This document shows positions 9,263 through 19,951 of a stretch of 38,263 nucleotides of DNA, piece after piece. Source of the stretch: Victivallales bacterium (GTDB taxonomy: Bacteria > Verrucomicrobiota > Lentisphaeria > Victivallales > UBA1829); assembly GCA_045639225.1 (NCBI GenBank), contig JAZUCR010000431.1, positions 1 through 38,263 of the forward strand, written 5' to 3'. Every line of letters begins with the position of its first letter. Positions within the stretch are counted from its first letter, which is position 1. Position numbers and translations under genes: made by a program. The notes below the pieces were generated by a model. It was given only the letters and a program-made list of their open reading frames with translations, did no database searches and was not told where the DNA came from.

Positions 9263-9910
9263 TCATTCGCCTTTCAGCAGGTAGTCGGTGAATTGTTCGA
9301 AGGAATCGACTTTGGTTTTGAACACGGTGTCGGCGGGAAAACCGAATCCCCACGTGGCATAGGCTCCGTTGATGCCGGCCTTGGCCGCCGAATTCATATC
9401 CGTATGGTTGTCGCCCAGGATCCAGGAATTTTCCGGCGCGGCACCGTATTTTTTCATCAGGTGAAAGACCGCTTCCGGATCGGGTTTGAGCGGGAAACCG
9501 TCATTGCCGCCGATGATGTCGTCCAGGTATTTGGCAATATCGAGAGCCTTGAGGATCTCGCGGGCTACGATGCCGGGCTTGTTGGTCACCACGGCCAGTT
9601 TCCAGCCGGCGGCTTTCAGCTTCGCCAGACCTTCTGCCACGCCCGGATACAACGCAGTGTTTTCCGCCGGATGATCGTAATAATGCTGAATCATTTTCCC
9701 CAGACCTTCATCCCAGTCGATCGGATGGTCGAAGAATGAGCGTTCCAGCAATTTCCTCGCCCCGTCTCCCGTGTAGGAAACGATCTGGTCGATCGGCTGT
9801 TCGGGCAGACCGTAATCCAGCCGGGTGCGGTTGACGCTCGCGGCGATGTCCCGGATCGTGTCGGCCAGCGTGCCGTCCAGATCGAATATTACGCAATGAT
9901 TCGAATTCAT
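9263..9910 (-). CDS. HAD-superfamily hydrolase, phosphoglycolate-phosphatase-like
   Basis: 215 aa. HAD motif I is VIFDLDGTLADT, with later VTNKP and GDNHTDMNSAAKAG motifs. Confidence 0.8.
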   Translation of the reverse strand: MNSNHCVIFDLDGTLADTIRDIAASVNRTRLDYGLPEQPIDQIVSYTGDGARKLLERSFFDHPIDWDEGLGKMIQHYYDHPAENTALYPGVAEGLAKLKAAGWKLAVVTNKPGIVAREILKALDIAKYLDDIIGGNDGFPLKPDPEAVFHLMKKYGAAPENSWILGDNHTDMNSAAKAGINGAYATWGFGFPADTVFKTKVDSFEQFTDYLLKGE

Positions 9911-9914
9911 GATA

Positions 9915-11003
9915 TCAGTTTCTCCCGTGAAATGGAACTTCAGTCACATGAGGCAGCCGCGCATAGGTGTCCAGCGAAAAATCGCTGAAACGTCCCGCGG
10001 TGTAATAATGATAAGCCAGGCCGCCGACCATGGCGGCGTTGTCCGTGCAGTATTTTTTCGGCGCCAGGATGGGTCGGCAGCCTTTGGGGGCGGTCGAGAC
10101 GAAGCGTTCCCGCAACGCGGAATTGCAGGCGACGCCGCCGGCCAGCAGGACGGTTTTCGCATGGAAATACCGTGCGGCATCGAATGCTTTCGTGCAGAGC
10201 ACATCTACCACGGCTTCCTGATAGGATGCCAGCGTGTCGGTGAGCACCTGGCCTTCCAGATGAGCCGCTTCGCCGTCGGCGGACAATTTGGCGGCATGAT
10301 AAAGCAAGGCGGTTTTCAAGCCGCTGAAGCTGAAATTGAACCGGTGTTCCGGCGGGGTGGCTTTGCCGGCGGTTCCGGTCAACGAACGCGGGAAATGGTA
10401 TTTCTGCGGATCGCCGCCTTTGGCCAGGCGTTCGATGACGGGTCCGCCGGGATAGCCCAGATTCAGGAGTTTGGCGCCTTTGTCCAGTGCTTCGCCGGCG
10501 GCATCGTCGATCGTGGCGCCGGCCACTTTGGCTTTGCCGTCGGAATCGATGATCACGATCGAGGTATGGCCGCCGGAAACCACCAGTGCAGTCATGGGAT
10601 ACAGGTCGGGATTTTCAAAAATCTCCTCGTCCGAATCAACAAAAGCACCGTAAATATGCGCCAGAAAATGATTGATTCCGATCAATGGCTTGCCGTTGGC
10701 GAACGCGAGACCCTTGGCGAAATTCACTCCGACCAGCAGCGCGGGAACCAGACCCGGCGCATGCGTCACCGCCACCGCATCGATTTCTTTCATGGTGACT
10801 CCGGCGGTGTTCAGGGCTTCCGCGCAGACTTTTTCTATGGCTGTAAGATGTTCGCGGGCGGCCAGTTCCGGCACGACTCCTCCGTAAACCGCATGTTTCG
10901 CCATCTGGGAAGAGACCGCATTGGAGCGGACGGTCCGTCCGTTCTCGACCACCGCAGCCGCAGTCTCGTCGCAGCTGCTTTCGATTCCTAGCATCAGAGC
11001 CAT
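9915..11003 (-). CDS. tsaD: tRNA N6-adenosine threonylcarbamoyltransferase
   Basis: 362 aa. LGIESSCDETAAAVV N-terminus, with Kae1/TsaD conservation visible along the full length. Confidence 0.95.
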   Translation of the reverse strand: MALMLGIESSCDETAAAVVENGRTVRSNAVSSQMAKHAVYGGVVPELAAREHLTAIEKVCAEALNTAGVTMKEIDAVAVTHAPGLVPALLVGVNFAKGLAFANGKPLIGINHFLAHIYGAFVDSDEEIFENPDLYPMTALVVSGGHTSIVIIDSDGKAKVAGATIDDAAGEALDKGAKLLNLGYPGGPVIERLAKGGDPQKYHFPRSLTGTAGKATPPEHRFNFSFSGLKTALLYHAAKLSADGEAAHLEGQVLTDTLASYQEAVVDVLCTKAFDAARYFHAKTVLLAGGVACNSALRERFVSTAPKGCRPILAPKKYCTDNAAMVGGLAYHYYTAGRFSDFSLDTYARLPHVTEVPFHGRN

Positions 11004-11083
11004 AAAACAACCTTATTTTCACCTGAAAAAAATTTTTTGTCTTTTAAAATTGCCGATAAATCCAAAAAAATCAAGTGATTTCC

Positions 11084-11112
11084 TTGAAAAATATCAGTTT
11101 TTTGTGTATATT
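11084..11112 (+). promoter_or_regulatory. Putative sigma70-type promoter for the HMGL-family gene
   Basis: TTGAAA (11084-11089), 17-nt spacer, TATATT (11107-11112), in an AT-rich divergent intergenic region. Confidence 0.35.
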
Positions 11113-11122
11113 AATAGTTTAG

Positions 11123-11155
11123 GACACGATTGCGGTATTTTCGTGTCTGTTTTCG
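11123..11155 (+). promoter_or_regulatory. Terminator-like hairpin in the 5-prime leader (possible attenuator)
   Basis: GACACGA (11123-11129) pairs with TCGTGTC (11141-11147) and is followed by TGTTTTCG. It lies between the putative promoter and the start codon. A second stem CGGCGA/TCGCCG lies at about 11177-11199. Confidence 0.3.
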
Positions 11156-11237
11156 AAGTTCCCCAGACCGGAACTGCGGCGAAAGGGATCGGATCGCCGG
11201 TGAAGAACCGGCAGTCACAATCAGGAAGGATGAAAAA

Positions 11238-12551
11238 ATGTTGAAACTGCAAAATGTGCTGGAACCGAATCTGTTCCGGGATACGTTCTCCTATGAACGG
11301 ATACCCGCAATGAAATTTATGGATGAGACTGTTCCGATGCGCCGTCCTGAGCAGATCTGGATCACCGATACGACATTCCGCGACGGACAGCAGGCGCGTC
11401 CGCCTTATACCGTGGAGCAGATCACGGAGCTGTTCAAGTTCATGCACCGGATCAGCGGCACCCGCGGACTGATCCGCCAGAGTGAATTTTTCCTGTATGG
11501 ACAGAAAGACCGCGAGGCGGTGGAAGCCTGTCTGGCGCTGGGCTACGATTTTCCGCAGGTGACCGCCTGGATCCGGGCGAACAAGAATGATTTCGAACTG
11601 GTGAAATCGCTGGGTCTGAAAGAGACCGGGATTCTGACTTCCTGCTCGGATTACCACATTTTCCTGAAGCTGAAAAAGAACCGGCGGCAGACGCTGGACG
11701 GCTACAAGGAGATCGTGGGAGCCGCTTTGGAAAACGGCATCGTGCCGCGCTGCCACCTGGAGGACCTGACCCGTGCGGATATTTTCGGGTTCGTGATCCC
11801 GATGATCAACGAACTCAACGAGATGTGCAAAGGAACCGGGATCAAGGTCAAGATCCGGCTGTGCGATACGATGGGTTACGGGGTGCCGTATGCGAATGCG
11901 GCGCTGCCGCGCGGCGTGCCGGCCATCATTCAGGCGATCCTGAACAATACCGAAACCGCGTCCGAACAGCTTGAATGGCACGGTCACAACGATTTTCACA
12001 AAGTGCTGGCCAATGGCGTTGCCGCCTGGCTTTACGGCTGCTCGGCGGTCAACGGAACCTTCCTCGGTTTCGGTGAACGCACCGGCAATCCCCCGGTCGA
12101 AGGTCTGGTGTTCGACTGGATGTCCATCACCGGCATCCATGACGGTATCGATACCACCGCGATCACCGACATGGCGGCGTTCTTCCGCGATCAGATCAAG
12201 TATAATATTCCGCCGAATTACCCGTTCGTGGGGGCGGATTTCAATACCACCCGGGCTGGAGTCCATGCGGACGGTCTCACCAAAAACGAAGAGATTTACA
12301 ACATTTTCGATACGGAAAAATTCCTGAAACGTCCCTGCAAAGTGGCGGTTTCGAATACTTCCGGGCTGGCCGGGATCGCTTACTGGATCCAATCCAACCT
12401 GCCGAAAGGCAAGGATATCCACAAGGATAATCCGGGGATCGTGCTGATCAAAAACTGGATCGACGAACAGTATCGCGCCGGCCGGACCACTACGATCAGC
12501 GATGAGGAACTGCTGTCCCTGATCCGGGAAAACATGCCTGAACTGCTGTGA
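11238..12551 (+). CDS. HMGL-like enzyme of the homocitrate/isopropylmalate synthase family, probably citrate (Re)-synthase
   Basis: Start taken at the ATG at 11238, after AGGAAGGA. WITDTTFRDGQQ, SEFFLY and HGHNDF motifs are present. By recall, the overall layout matches clostridial Re-citrate synthases. Substrate specificity is not proven. Confidence 0.75.
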   Translation: MLKLQNVLEPNLFRDTFSYERIPAMKFMDETVPMRRPEQIWITDTTFRDGQQARPPYTVEQITELFKFMHRISGTRGLIRQSEFFLYGQKDREAVEACLALGYDFPQVTAWIRANKNDFELVKSLGLKETGILTSCSDYHIFLKLKKNRRQTLDGYKEIVGAALENGIVPRCHLEDLTRADIFGFVIPMINELNEMCKGTGIKVKIRLCDTMGYGVPYANAALPRGVPAIIQAILNNTETASEQLEWHGHNDFHKVLANGVAAWLYGCSAVNGTFLGFGERTGNPPVEGLVFDWMSITGIHDGIDTTAITDMAAFFRDQIKYNIPPNYPFVGADFNTTRAGVHADGLTKNEEIYNIFDTEKFLKRPCKVAVSNTSGLAGIAYWIQSNLPKGKDIHKDNPGIVLIKNWIDEQYRAGRTTTISDEELLSLIRENMPELL

Positions 12552-12583
12552 CGGCAAGCCGGACCGGAAAAACGGAGACCGTC

Positions 12584-13744
12584 ATGGTTCGCGAGCTCAA
12601 TGATCAGTATCTGCTGGAAAACACCGATCTGATGCCCTATGCGGCGCACAACCGGGATTCCCGGGGACGCCGCATTCCCGAGCCGGATCATCCGTTCCGC
12701 ACGGCCTTCCAGCGGGACCGGGACCGGATCCTGCACAGCCGCGCCTTCCGCCGTCTGGAATATAAGACCCAGGTGTTTCTGAACGATGCCGGTGACCACT
12801 ACCGGACCCGGCTGACCCATACCATCGAGGTGGCGGCAATCGCCCGGACCATCGCACGTTCCCTCCGCCTGAATGAAGATCTGACGGAAACCATTTCTCT
12901 GGCGCATGATCTGGGACATACTCCGTTCGGCCATGCCGGCGAACGCGCACTGGACAAGATCATGACTCCCTACGGCGGATTCGACCACAACCGGCAGGCA
13001 CTCAAGGTGGTGGATGAACTCGAGATCAAATATCCCGATTACGATGGACTGAATCTGACCTGGGAAGTCCGGACCGGTCTGGTCAAGCACCGCCGGAATC
13101 AAGACGGTTCCCCGATCCTGCTGGACGGGGAGGAACTGCCGCCGCAGCCCGGTCTGGAAGCGCAGATCGCCGATGTGGCCGATGATCTGACTTATTATGG
13201 CCATGATGTGGACGACGGTCTGGATTCCGGCCTGCTGACTCCGGATATGCTCGAGCAGGTGGAACTGTGGCATCTGGCCAAGAGTGAAGCTGCCAAAAAA
13301 GGATTGCCGGCCGGCGGCGAGCGTTTTGCCGCTTACACCGTGCGCTGTCTGATCGACCTGATGGTGCGGGATGTGATCCTGACTTCCGCAGCGGCGATCG
13401 GACAGGCCGCGCCCGAAAAAGCCGAAAGTGTGTATTATCTGCCGGACAAGCTGATCCGGTTCAGTCCGGAATTTCAGAAAATGACTGATGATCTGCGAAC
13501 GTTTCTGTTTCACAATCTTTATTTCAATCCGGTTCTGAAGAAGCTCAATGAGATGTCCTACCGGAATATGCGGAAACTGTTCCGTTTCTATGTGGCCAAC
13601 CCGTTGGAGATGGGAGAAAACGCCCGGCGCCGCATTGCGCGGATCGGAGTGGAACAGGCGGCTGCCGACTACATAGCCGGGATGACCGACCGTTTTGCGG
13701 CCAGGGAATACCAGCGGATCATTCCTTTGGACCGGGAGGGCTGA
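12584..13744 (+). CDS. dGTP triphosphohydrolase-like HD-domain protein
   Basis: FQRDRDRILHSRAFRRLEYKTQVF, the HD motif RLTHTIEV and LAHDLGHTPFGH. The ATG at 12584 is preceded by GGAG. An alternative GTG start at 12548 overlaps the upstream stop codon. Confidence 0.9.
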   Translation: MVRELNDQYLLENTDLMPYAAHNRDSRGRRIPEPDHPFRTAFQRDRDRILHSRAFRRLEYKTQVFLNDAGDHYRTRLTHTIEVAAIARTIARSLRLNEDLTETISLAHDLGHTPFGHAGERALDKIMTPYGGFDHNRQALKVVDELEIKYPDYDGLNLTWEVRTGLVKHRRNQDGSPILLDGEELPPQPGLEAQIADVADDLTYYGHDVDDGLDSGLLTPDMLEQVELWHLAKSEAAKKGLPAGGERFAAYTVRCLIDLMVRDVILTSAAAIGQAAPEKAESVYYLPDKLIRFSPEFQKMTDDLRTFLFHNLYFNPVLKKLNEMSYRNMRKLFRFYVANPLEMGENARRRIARIGVEQAAADYIAGMTDRFAAREYQRIIPLDREG

Positions 13745-13747
13745 ACT

Positions 13748-15406
13748 GTGGCGATCCATAAAGAAGAGAACATGTCGCCGGGCATTGCGGTTCTTTTCCT
13801 GGTTCTGCTTTTTCTGGTGGTTTATCCGCTGTGGAAACTGGGACTGCGGGATCTTTTCTGGGATGAGGGCGAATATGCGGCGATCATCACGGAAATGTAT
13901 TCGTTTCCGCCGGATGCCCGGGCTCACGGCGAACTGCTCTCCGGCTACTATCCGCTTTATCCCCTGCTGGTGAAAGGCCTGGTCATGCTCGGCCTGAGCA
14001 TGGAATATTCTCTGCGTGTGATTTCCGTGGCGGCTTTGGGCGGGCTGACGGTCATGGTGGGGATCATCGGTTACCGGATGGCGGGGGTCCATGCGGGCGC
14101 GGCATCGGCATCGGTCATGTTTACGACTCTGATCGCAGCGGAAAAAGCGGTGGAAGGTTATCCTAACACGCTGCTGGTGCTGCTGATTTTTTCCGGCTGG
14201 CTGCTGTGGTTCTATCTGGGACAGTTCGGCGGCTCGTGGAACCTGGGCTGGGCGGCCGTCGGTCTGTTTGCCGGACTTTCGTTTTACTGCGGCGGCTGGA
14301 CCGCGCTCTTTTATTTTCTGATTCCCATGATGTTTCTGCAGCGTCCGTTCACTCCGTGGCGGCGGCTGACCGGAATCGGATTTCCTGCCGGGGTGCTGAT
14401 CCTTCTGGCTTTTATCCTGATGTGGATTATTCCTCGCTGGACACCCGGAGCCGACCGGCTCCCTCTGCCCGAAGGAAGCGGTTTCGGACATTATCTGTTT
14501 CATCTTTTTGACATGACCGGAGATATCGCTTTCCGGCTGCTGCCATGGACGTTCTTCCTGTATGCGCCGTATTGCGCCGCGCTGATCGTCATCGACCGCA
14601 ATCCGCTGTTTTCCAAATACCTCCGGATCCTGTTCACGGTTTCTGCAGTTATTCTGATCCTGGATCCTTTCAGCAAAGCCAGGGACATTCTGTATGTGGT
14701 GCCGGCTTTTGCACTGCTGACCGGCCTCAATTATGAGATAGTCGTCCGCCGTCACGGCACGGTAATGTGCCGGATCCTCCGCTGGGGTGCGGTGATCCTG
14801 TTCCTCTGCGGAACTGCTTTTCTCCTGTATGAACTGCTGCCTGCTTCCCTGCTGAAAAAAATAGCGGTGAAGATGCCGCCGGAACTGATCGCCGGCAGAG
14901 CGTCTTTTTCCTGTCTGCTGGAGGCGGCCGGTGCCGCTGTGATGGCTGTCGCCGCCTATTGGCTGGCCGTTCGGAAACGCGCGATCTGGCTGGAGACCGT
15001 CATGCTGTTTGCCGGCGCCATGCTCTGTTTTTATTCGCTGACCACACCCCGCCGGGCCCTCCAGCGTTCCCGCAGCGAAACCGGCATGGCTTTCCGAAAT
15101 GCGCTGGGCGTTTCCTATCGGCCTGACCTCACCGTTTACAAGGACAGTTCCATTTCCGGACTTTACACGGAATGTTATTATATGGGGACCAAGGTCAAGA
15201 CCATAGCATTTTCCGAGACCGACGGGATCAAGGATCAGACGCTTTTCCTGCTTTCCCCCAGCAGCATCCAGCCGCCCGATTCCTCCCGGAGCTGGAGCCG
15301 CACCATGGATATCGTCTACAAAAAACAGAATCTTTATATGTGGAAAGGAGTTCTCAATGGCCGAAAAGAAGGATCTGAACACGACATCCGGAACATGCGC
15401 TTCTGA
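13748..15406 (+). CDS. Polytopic membrane protein, GT-C-fold-like glycosyltransferase (GT39/GT83-like)
   Basis: 552 aa, multi-TM, with FWDEGEYAAI after TM1. The GTG start at 13748 is preceded by GGGAGGG. An alternative ATG lies at 13772. Confidence 0.6.
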   Translation: MAIHKEENMSPGIAVLFLVLLFLVVYPLWKLGLRDLFWDEGEYAAIITEMYSFPPDARAHGELLSGYYPLYPLLVKGLVMLGLSMEYSLRVISVAALGGLTVMVGIIGYRMAGVHAGAASASVMFTTLIAAEKAVEGYPNTLLVLLIFSGWLLWFYLGQFGGSWNLGWAAVGLFAGLSFYCGGWTALFYFLIPMMFLQRPFTPWRRLTGIGFPAGVLILLAFILMWIIPRWTPGADRLPLPEGSGFGHYLFHLFDMTGDIAFRLLPWTFFLYAPYCAALIVIDRNPLFSKYLRILFTVSAVILILDPFSKARDILYVVPAFALLTGLNYEIVVRRHGTVMCRILRWGAVILFLCGTAFLLYELLPASLLKKIAVKMPPELIAGRASFSCLLEAAGAAVMAVAAYWLAVRKRAIWLETVMLFAGAMLCFYSLTTPRRALQRSRSETGMAFRNALGVSYRPDLTVYKDSSISGLYTECYYMGTKVKTIAFSETDGIKDQTLFLLSPSSIQPPDSSRSWSRTMDIVYKKQNLYMWKGVLNGRKEGSEHDIRNMRF

Positions 15407-16454
15407 GGCTGCGGACAAACCGTTTCTTGCGGCGGCCTCTCCGGAACAGCTGAAGGATTTCATCCTGGCCGCCGGCGAAAGCGCTTATCGGGCTGGTCAG
15501 ATATACAGCTGGATCGTCAAAAAATATGTGACCGATCCCGCCGCCATGACCAATCTTTCCGCTGCGGTCAAGGAAAAACTTGCCGATGCTTTCCAATGTG
15601 CTGCCGTCCATATCGAAAAAGAAGAGGAATGTGCTGACGGTTCCCGCAAACTGCTGCTCTCTCTGGCTGACGGCGAAACCATCGAATGCGCCATTCTCGG
15701 AGCGCTGGACGGACGGACCACCTTCTGTCTGTCCACCCAGGTCGGCTGTCCGGTCCGCTGCGCATTCTGTGCCAGCGGCGCCGCCGGATTCGTCCGCAAT
15801 CTTCACGCCGGCGAGATCATCGAACAATACCTGCTCTGCTGCCGCACGATCGGAAAGGCGCCGGATAATGTGGTGATCATGGGGATCGGTGAACCCATGC
15901 TGAATCTGACCAATCTGATCGCCGCGCTGGAAACGATCTGCAATCCGGACGGCATTGCGCTGGCGGCGCGCCGGGTCACCATTTCCACCAGCGGCTGGAC
16001 GCCCGGGATCAGGGAACTGGCACGCCACGGACGGCAATGGAATCTGGCCGTGTCTCTCCACGGCGGCGACGACAAGACCCGTGCACTGCTCATCCCCGGC
16101 AAATTCCGCCGCGATATCCGCGAGATCGTCGAGGCCTGCAAGCTTCATAAGGCCGCGACCGGACGTCTGCTCACTTTCGAATATGTCCTGCTGGCCGGGG
16201 TCAATGATTCCACCGAACAGGCAACGAAACTGGCCCGGGTGGCACGCGACGCCAATGCCAAAATCAACCTCATTCCCTACAACAAAGCCAACGGCGCTTT
16301 CGAACGGCCTTCGAAAGAAATCATAAAAAAATTCGAAAACACCTTGAAAATGCTGCAAATCCCGGTAACAGTACGGGTGGAAAAAGGTTTTGAATCCAGT
16401 GCGGCCTGCGGACAGCTCCGTTCGTCCGCACAAAAGAGAAGGAATAAATCATGA
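15357..16454 (+). CDS. rlmN: 23S rRNA/tRNA (adenine-C2)-methyltransferase, radical SAM
   Basis: 365 aa. YRAGQIYSWI N-terminal domain and the CPVRCAFCASG CX3CX2C cluster. AAAGGAG lies upstream of the ATG. Confidence 0.95.
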   Translation: MAEKKDLNTTSGTCASEAADKPFLAAASPEQLKDFILAAGESAYRAGQIYSWIVKKYVTDPAAMTNLSAAVKEKLADAFQCAAVHIEKEEECADGSRKLLLSLADGETIECAILGALDGRTTFCLSTQVGCPVRCAFCASGAAGFVRNLHAGEIIEQYLLCCRTIGKAPDNVVIMGIGEPMLNLTNLIAALETICNPDGIALAARRVTISTSGWTPGIRELARHGRQWNLAVSLHGGDDKTRALLIPGKFRRDIREIVEACKLHKAATGRLLTFEYVLLAGVNDSTEQATKLARVARDANAKINLIPYNKANGAFERPSKEIIKKFENTLKMLQIPVTVRVEKGFESSAACGQLRSSAQKRRNKS

Positions 16455-17515
16455 AATTTCCGCTGCTAGTTGTCTCGGCCGGGGTCCTGATCTGCTCCCT
16501 GGCAGGCGCCTGTTCCTCCCATCTGATGACGGACCGCCAGCTGGAAGATTCTTTTCGCCTGGACCGGAAAAAGAAGATGAACGACCAGGCGTTCGAGAAT
16601 GCGCTGAAACGCGGCGCCGATCCGAATATGGAATTGAAGAACGGCGGGACTCCGCTGGTCATGGCCATTCTGCTCGACCGTCCCGATCACGTGCAGACAC
16701 TGCTCAAATACGGGGCCGACATCCGGCGCGGCGGCAAGCGCGGCAGCACCCCGCTGCATGTTGCCGCCAGCCAGAACCGTATCAAATGTGTCGAGGTGCT
16801 GCTGAAGGCCGGTGCGGATGTCAATGCCGCCGGAGCTTACGGACGCTCGCCTCTGATGGATGCTTCCCGCATGGGCAATCTCAAGATCATGGAGGAACTG
16901 ATCGACGTCGGGGCCAAGGTCAATGCAAAAGATTCCATGGGCCGCACTGCTTTGATGCATGCCGCCGAAGCAGATAAAAATACACTTGCCGCCTGCCGGA
17001 TGCTGGTTTCTTCCGGCGCCGATCCCATGATGGAAGACCAGAACCTGAAGATCGCCGCCATGCACGCCGCGGAACTGAAGCATACCGATGCCGCTCTTTA
17101 TCTGATCGACCTGATTCCCGATCTCCGTGAAAAACCGGCGCTCAACCTGATGATCATGCATTCCGCCATCAAAGGCAATGACCTGAAAGTCATGGAAAGC
17201 CTGCTCGACCGCCGTCCTCCCCTCAACCGCAGTCTCTCCCTGGTCCTCAAAGGCACCAGGATCATGCAGGTCCACGGTTTCTACCGTATTCTGGTCCGCA
17301 ACGGCTTGCTCGGCAAAGGTCGGGTGCCTCTCCATTGGGCGGCGATTGAAAACAATCTGGATGCGGTCAAGCTGCTGATTGCCCGCGGCGCCGATCCCCT
17401 CCAGCCCGATGAACTCGGACATTATCCCGATGAATTGTCCACTTCCCGCGAAGTGATCGAATATCTGCGCGATCAGCAGAAGATCGTGCAGGACTCTTAC
17501 CTCGATAAAAAATGA
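16451..17515 (+). CDS. Ankyrin-repeat protein with a signal/lipoprotein-like N-terminus
   Basis: The N-terminus is MKFPLLVVSAGVLICSLAGAC. Several ANK repeats follow (GSTPLHVAA..VEVLLKAGADVNA, GRTALMHAA, PLHWAA..LLIARGADP). The start overlaps the rlmN stop codon (ATGA). Confidence 0.85.
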   Translation: MKFPLLVVSAGVLICSLAGACSSHLMTDRQLEDSFRLDRKKKMNDQAFENALKRGADPNMELKNGGTPLVMAILLDRPDHVQTLLKYGADIRRGGKRGSTPLHVAASQNRIKCVEVLLKAGADVNAAGAYGRSPLMDASRMGNLKIMEELIDVGAKVNAKDSMGRTALMHAAEADKNTLAACRMLVSSGADPMMEDQNLKIAAMHAAELKHTDAALYLIDLIPDLREKPALNLMIMHSAIKGNDLKVMESLLDRRPPLNRSLSLVLKGTRIMQVHGFYRILVRNGLLGKGRVPLHWAAIENNLDAVKLLIARGADPLQPDELGHYPDELSTSREVIEYLRDQQKIVQDSYLDKK

Positions 17516-17528
17516 AGGATCCGTAAAG

Positions 17529-19189
<1,661 letters not shown>

Positions 19190-19196
19190 GGTCATC

Positions 19197-19934
19197 ATGA
19201 TCGGCGGCATTTCCGACGGCAGACTGCTTCTGGCGCATGACCGCTCGATCCCGGTCACGGTCAAATATTCCGACCGGGCGCGCCGGATGCGGATGACCCT
19301 TTCCCTTGAAGGAGTTCTGACCGTCACTTTGCCCCGCCGGACCTCCCGCGCCGCCATGGAGGAATTCGTCCGGACCAGTCTGCCGTGGATCGAACGGACT
19401 CTGTTCAAACTTTCGCTGCGCGCCCGCAGAAAAGCGCCGGAACGTGCGGTTTTTCCGACGGAGTTCACCTTCCCCGTCACGGGCGAGCATTTTCCGATCC
19501 GCTATCATTGGCATAATGTCTGCTGGCTCGGTGTCCGGGAAGAGGACGGGGCCATCCAGGTGACCGGCAAAGTGCTCGATCCCGGTCCCGTGCATGAAGC
19601 GCTGACCGGTTATCTGATCCGGAAAGCGGGACAGGTCCTGGAACCGATGCTCGCTCGCCTGGCTGCGGAACATGGTTTCAGGCTCGGCAAGGTGTCGATC
19701 CGGTTTCAGCGCGGACGGTGGGGCAGCTGTTCCCGGGCACGGGATATTTCCCTCAATGCCCAGATGCTCTTTCTGCAGCCTGAAGAAGTGCGTTACGTGC
19801 TGATCCACGAATTATGCCATACGCGGGAGATGAATCATTCCGTCCGGTTCTGGCAGGAAGTGGCGAAATATTGTCCCGATTATCTCCGGATCCGGAAAGC
19901 GTTGAAACAGAACCGTCCCGAGATCTGGCACTGA
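19197..19934 (+). CDS. YgjP/DUF45-type M48-like metallohydrolase
   Basis: 245 aa with a C-terminal HELCH zinc motif (VLIHELCHTREMNHSVRFW). Confidence 0.8.
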   Translation: MIGGISDGRLLLAHDRSIPVTVKYSDRARRMRMTLSLEGVLTVTLPRRTSRAAMEEFVRTSLPWIERTLFKLSLRARRKAPERAVFPTEFTFPVTGEHFPIRYHWHNVCWLGVREEDGAIQVTGKVLDPGPVHEALTGYLIRKAGQVLEPMLARLAAEHGFRLGKVSIRFQRGRWGSCSRARDISLNAQMLFLQPEEVRYVLIHELCHTREMNHSVRFWQEVAKYCPDYLRIRKALKQNRPEIWH

Positions 19935-19951
19935 ATTCTGTTTCCGGATGT

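Noticed and set aside
11130-11237. Upstream extension of the HMGL-family ORF. The same applies to the 22183-22215 extension of the sigma factor ORF.
   Set aside because: The extensions lack SD sequences and cover the structured or promoter regions. The internal ATGs at 11238 and 22182 have AGGAAGGA-type SDs.
12380-15463. A 1027-aa minus-strand ORF. Similar cases are 11094-12557 (-), 15354-16433 (-), 16466-17593 (-) and 18575-19808 (-).
   Set aside because: They are antisense to the well-supported dGTPase-like, GT-C-like, rlmN, ankyrin and tgt genes. Their composition is typical of out-of-frame GC-rich translation.
19935-19951. An expected bidirectional terminator between the convergent YgjP-like and kinase genes.
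   Set aside because: Only 17 nt separate the stop codons and no stem-loop is visible. No terminator is called.
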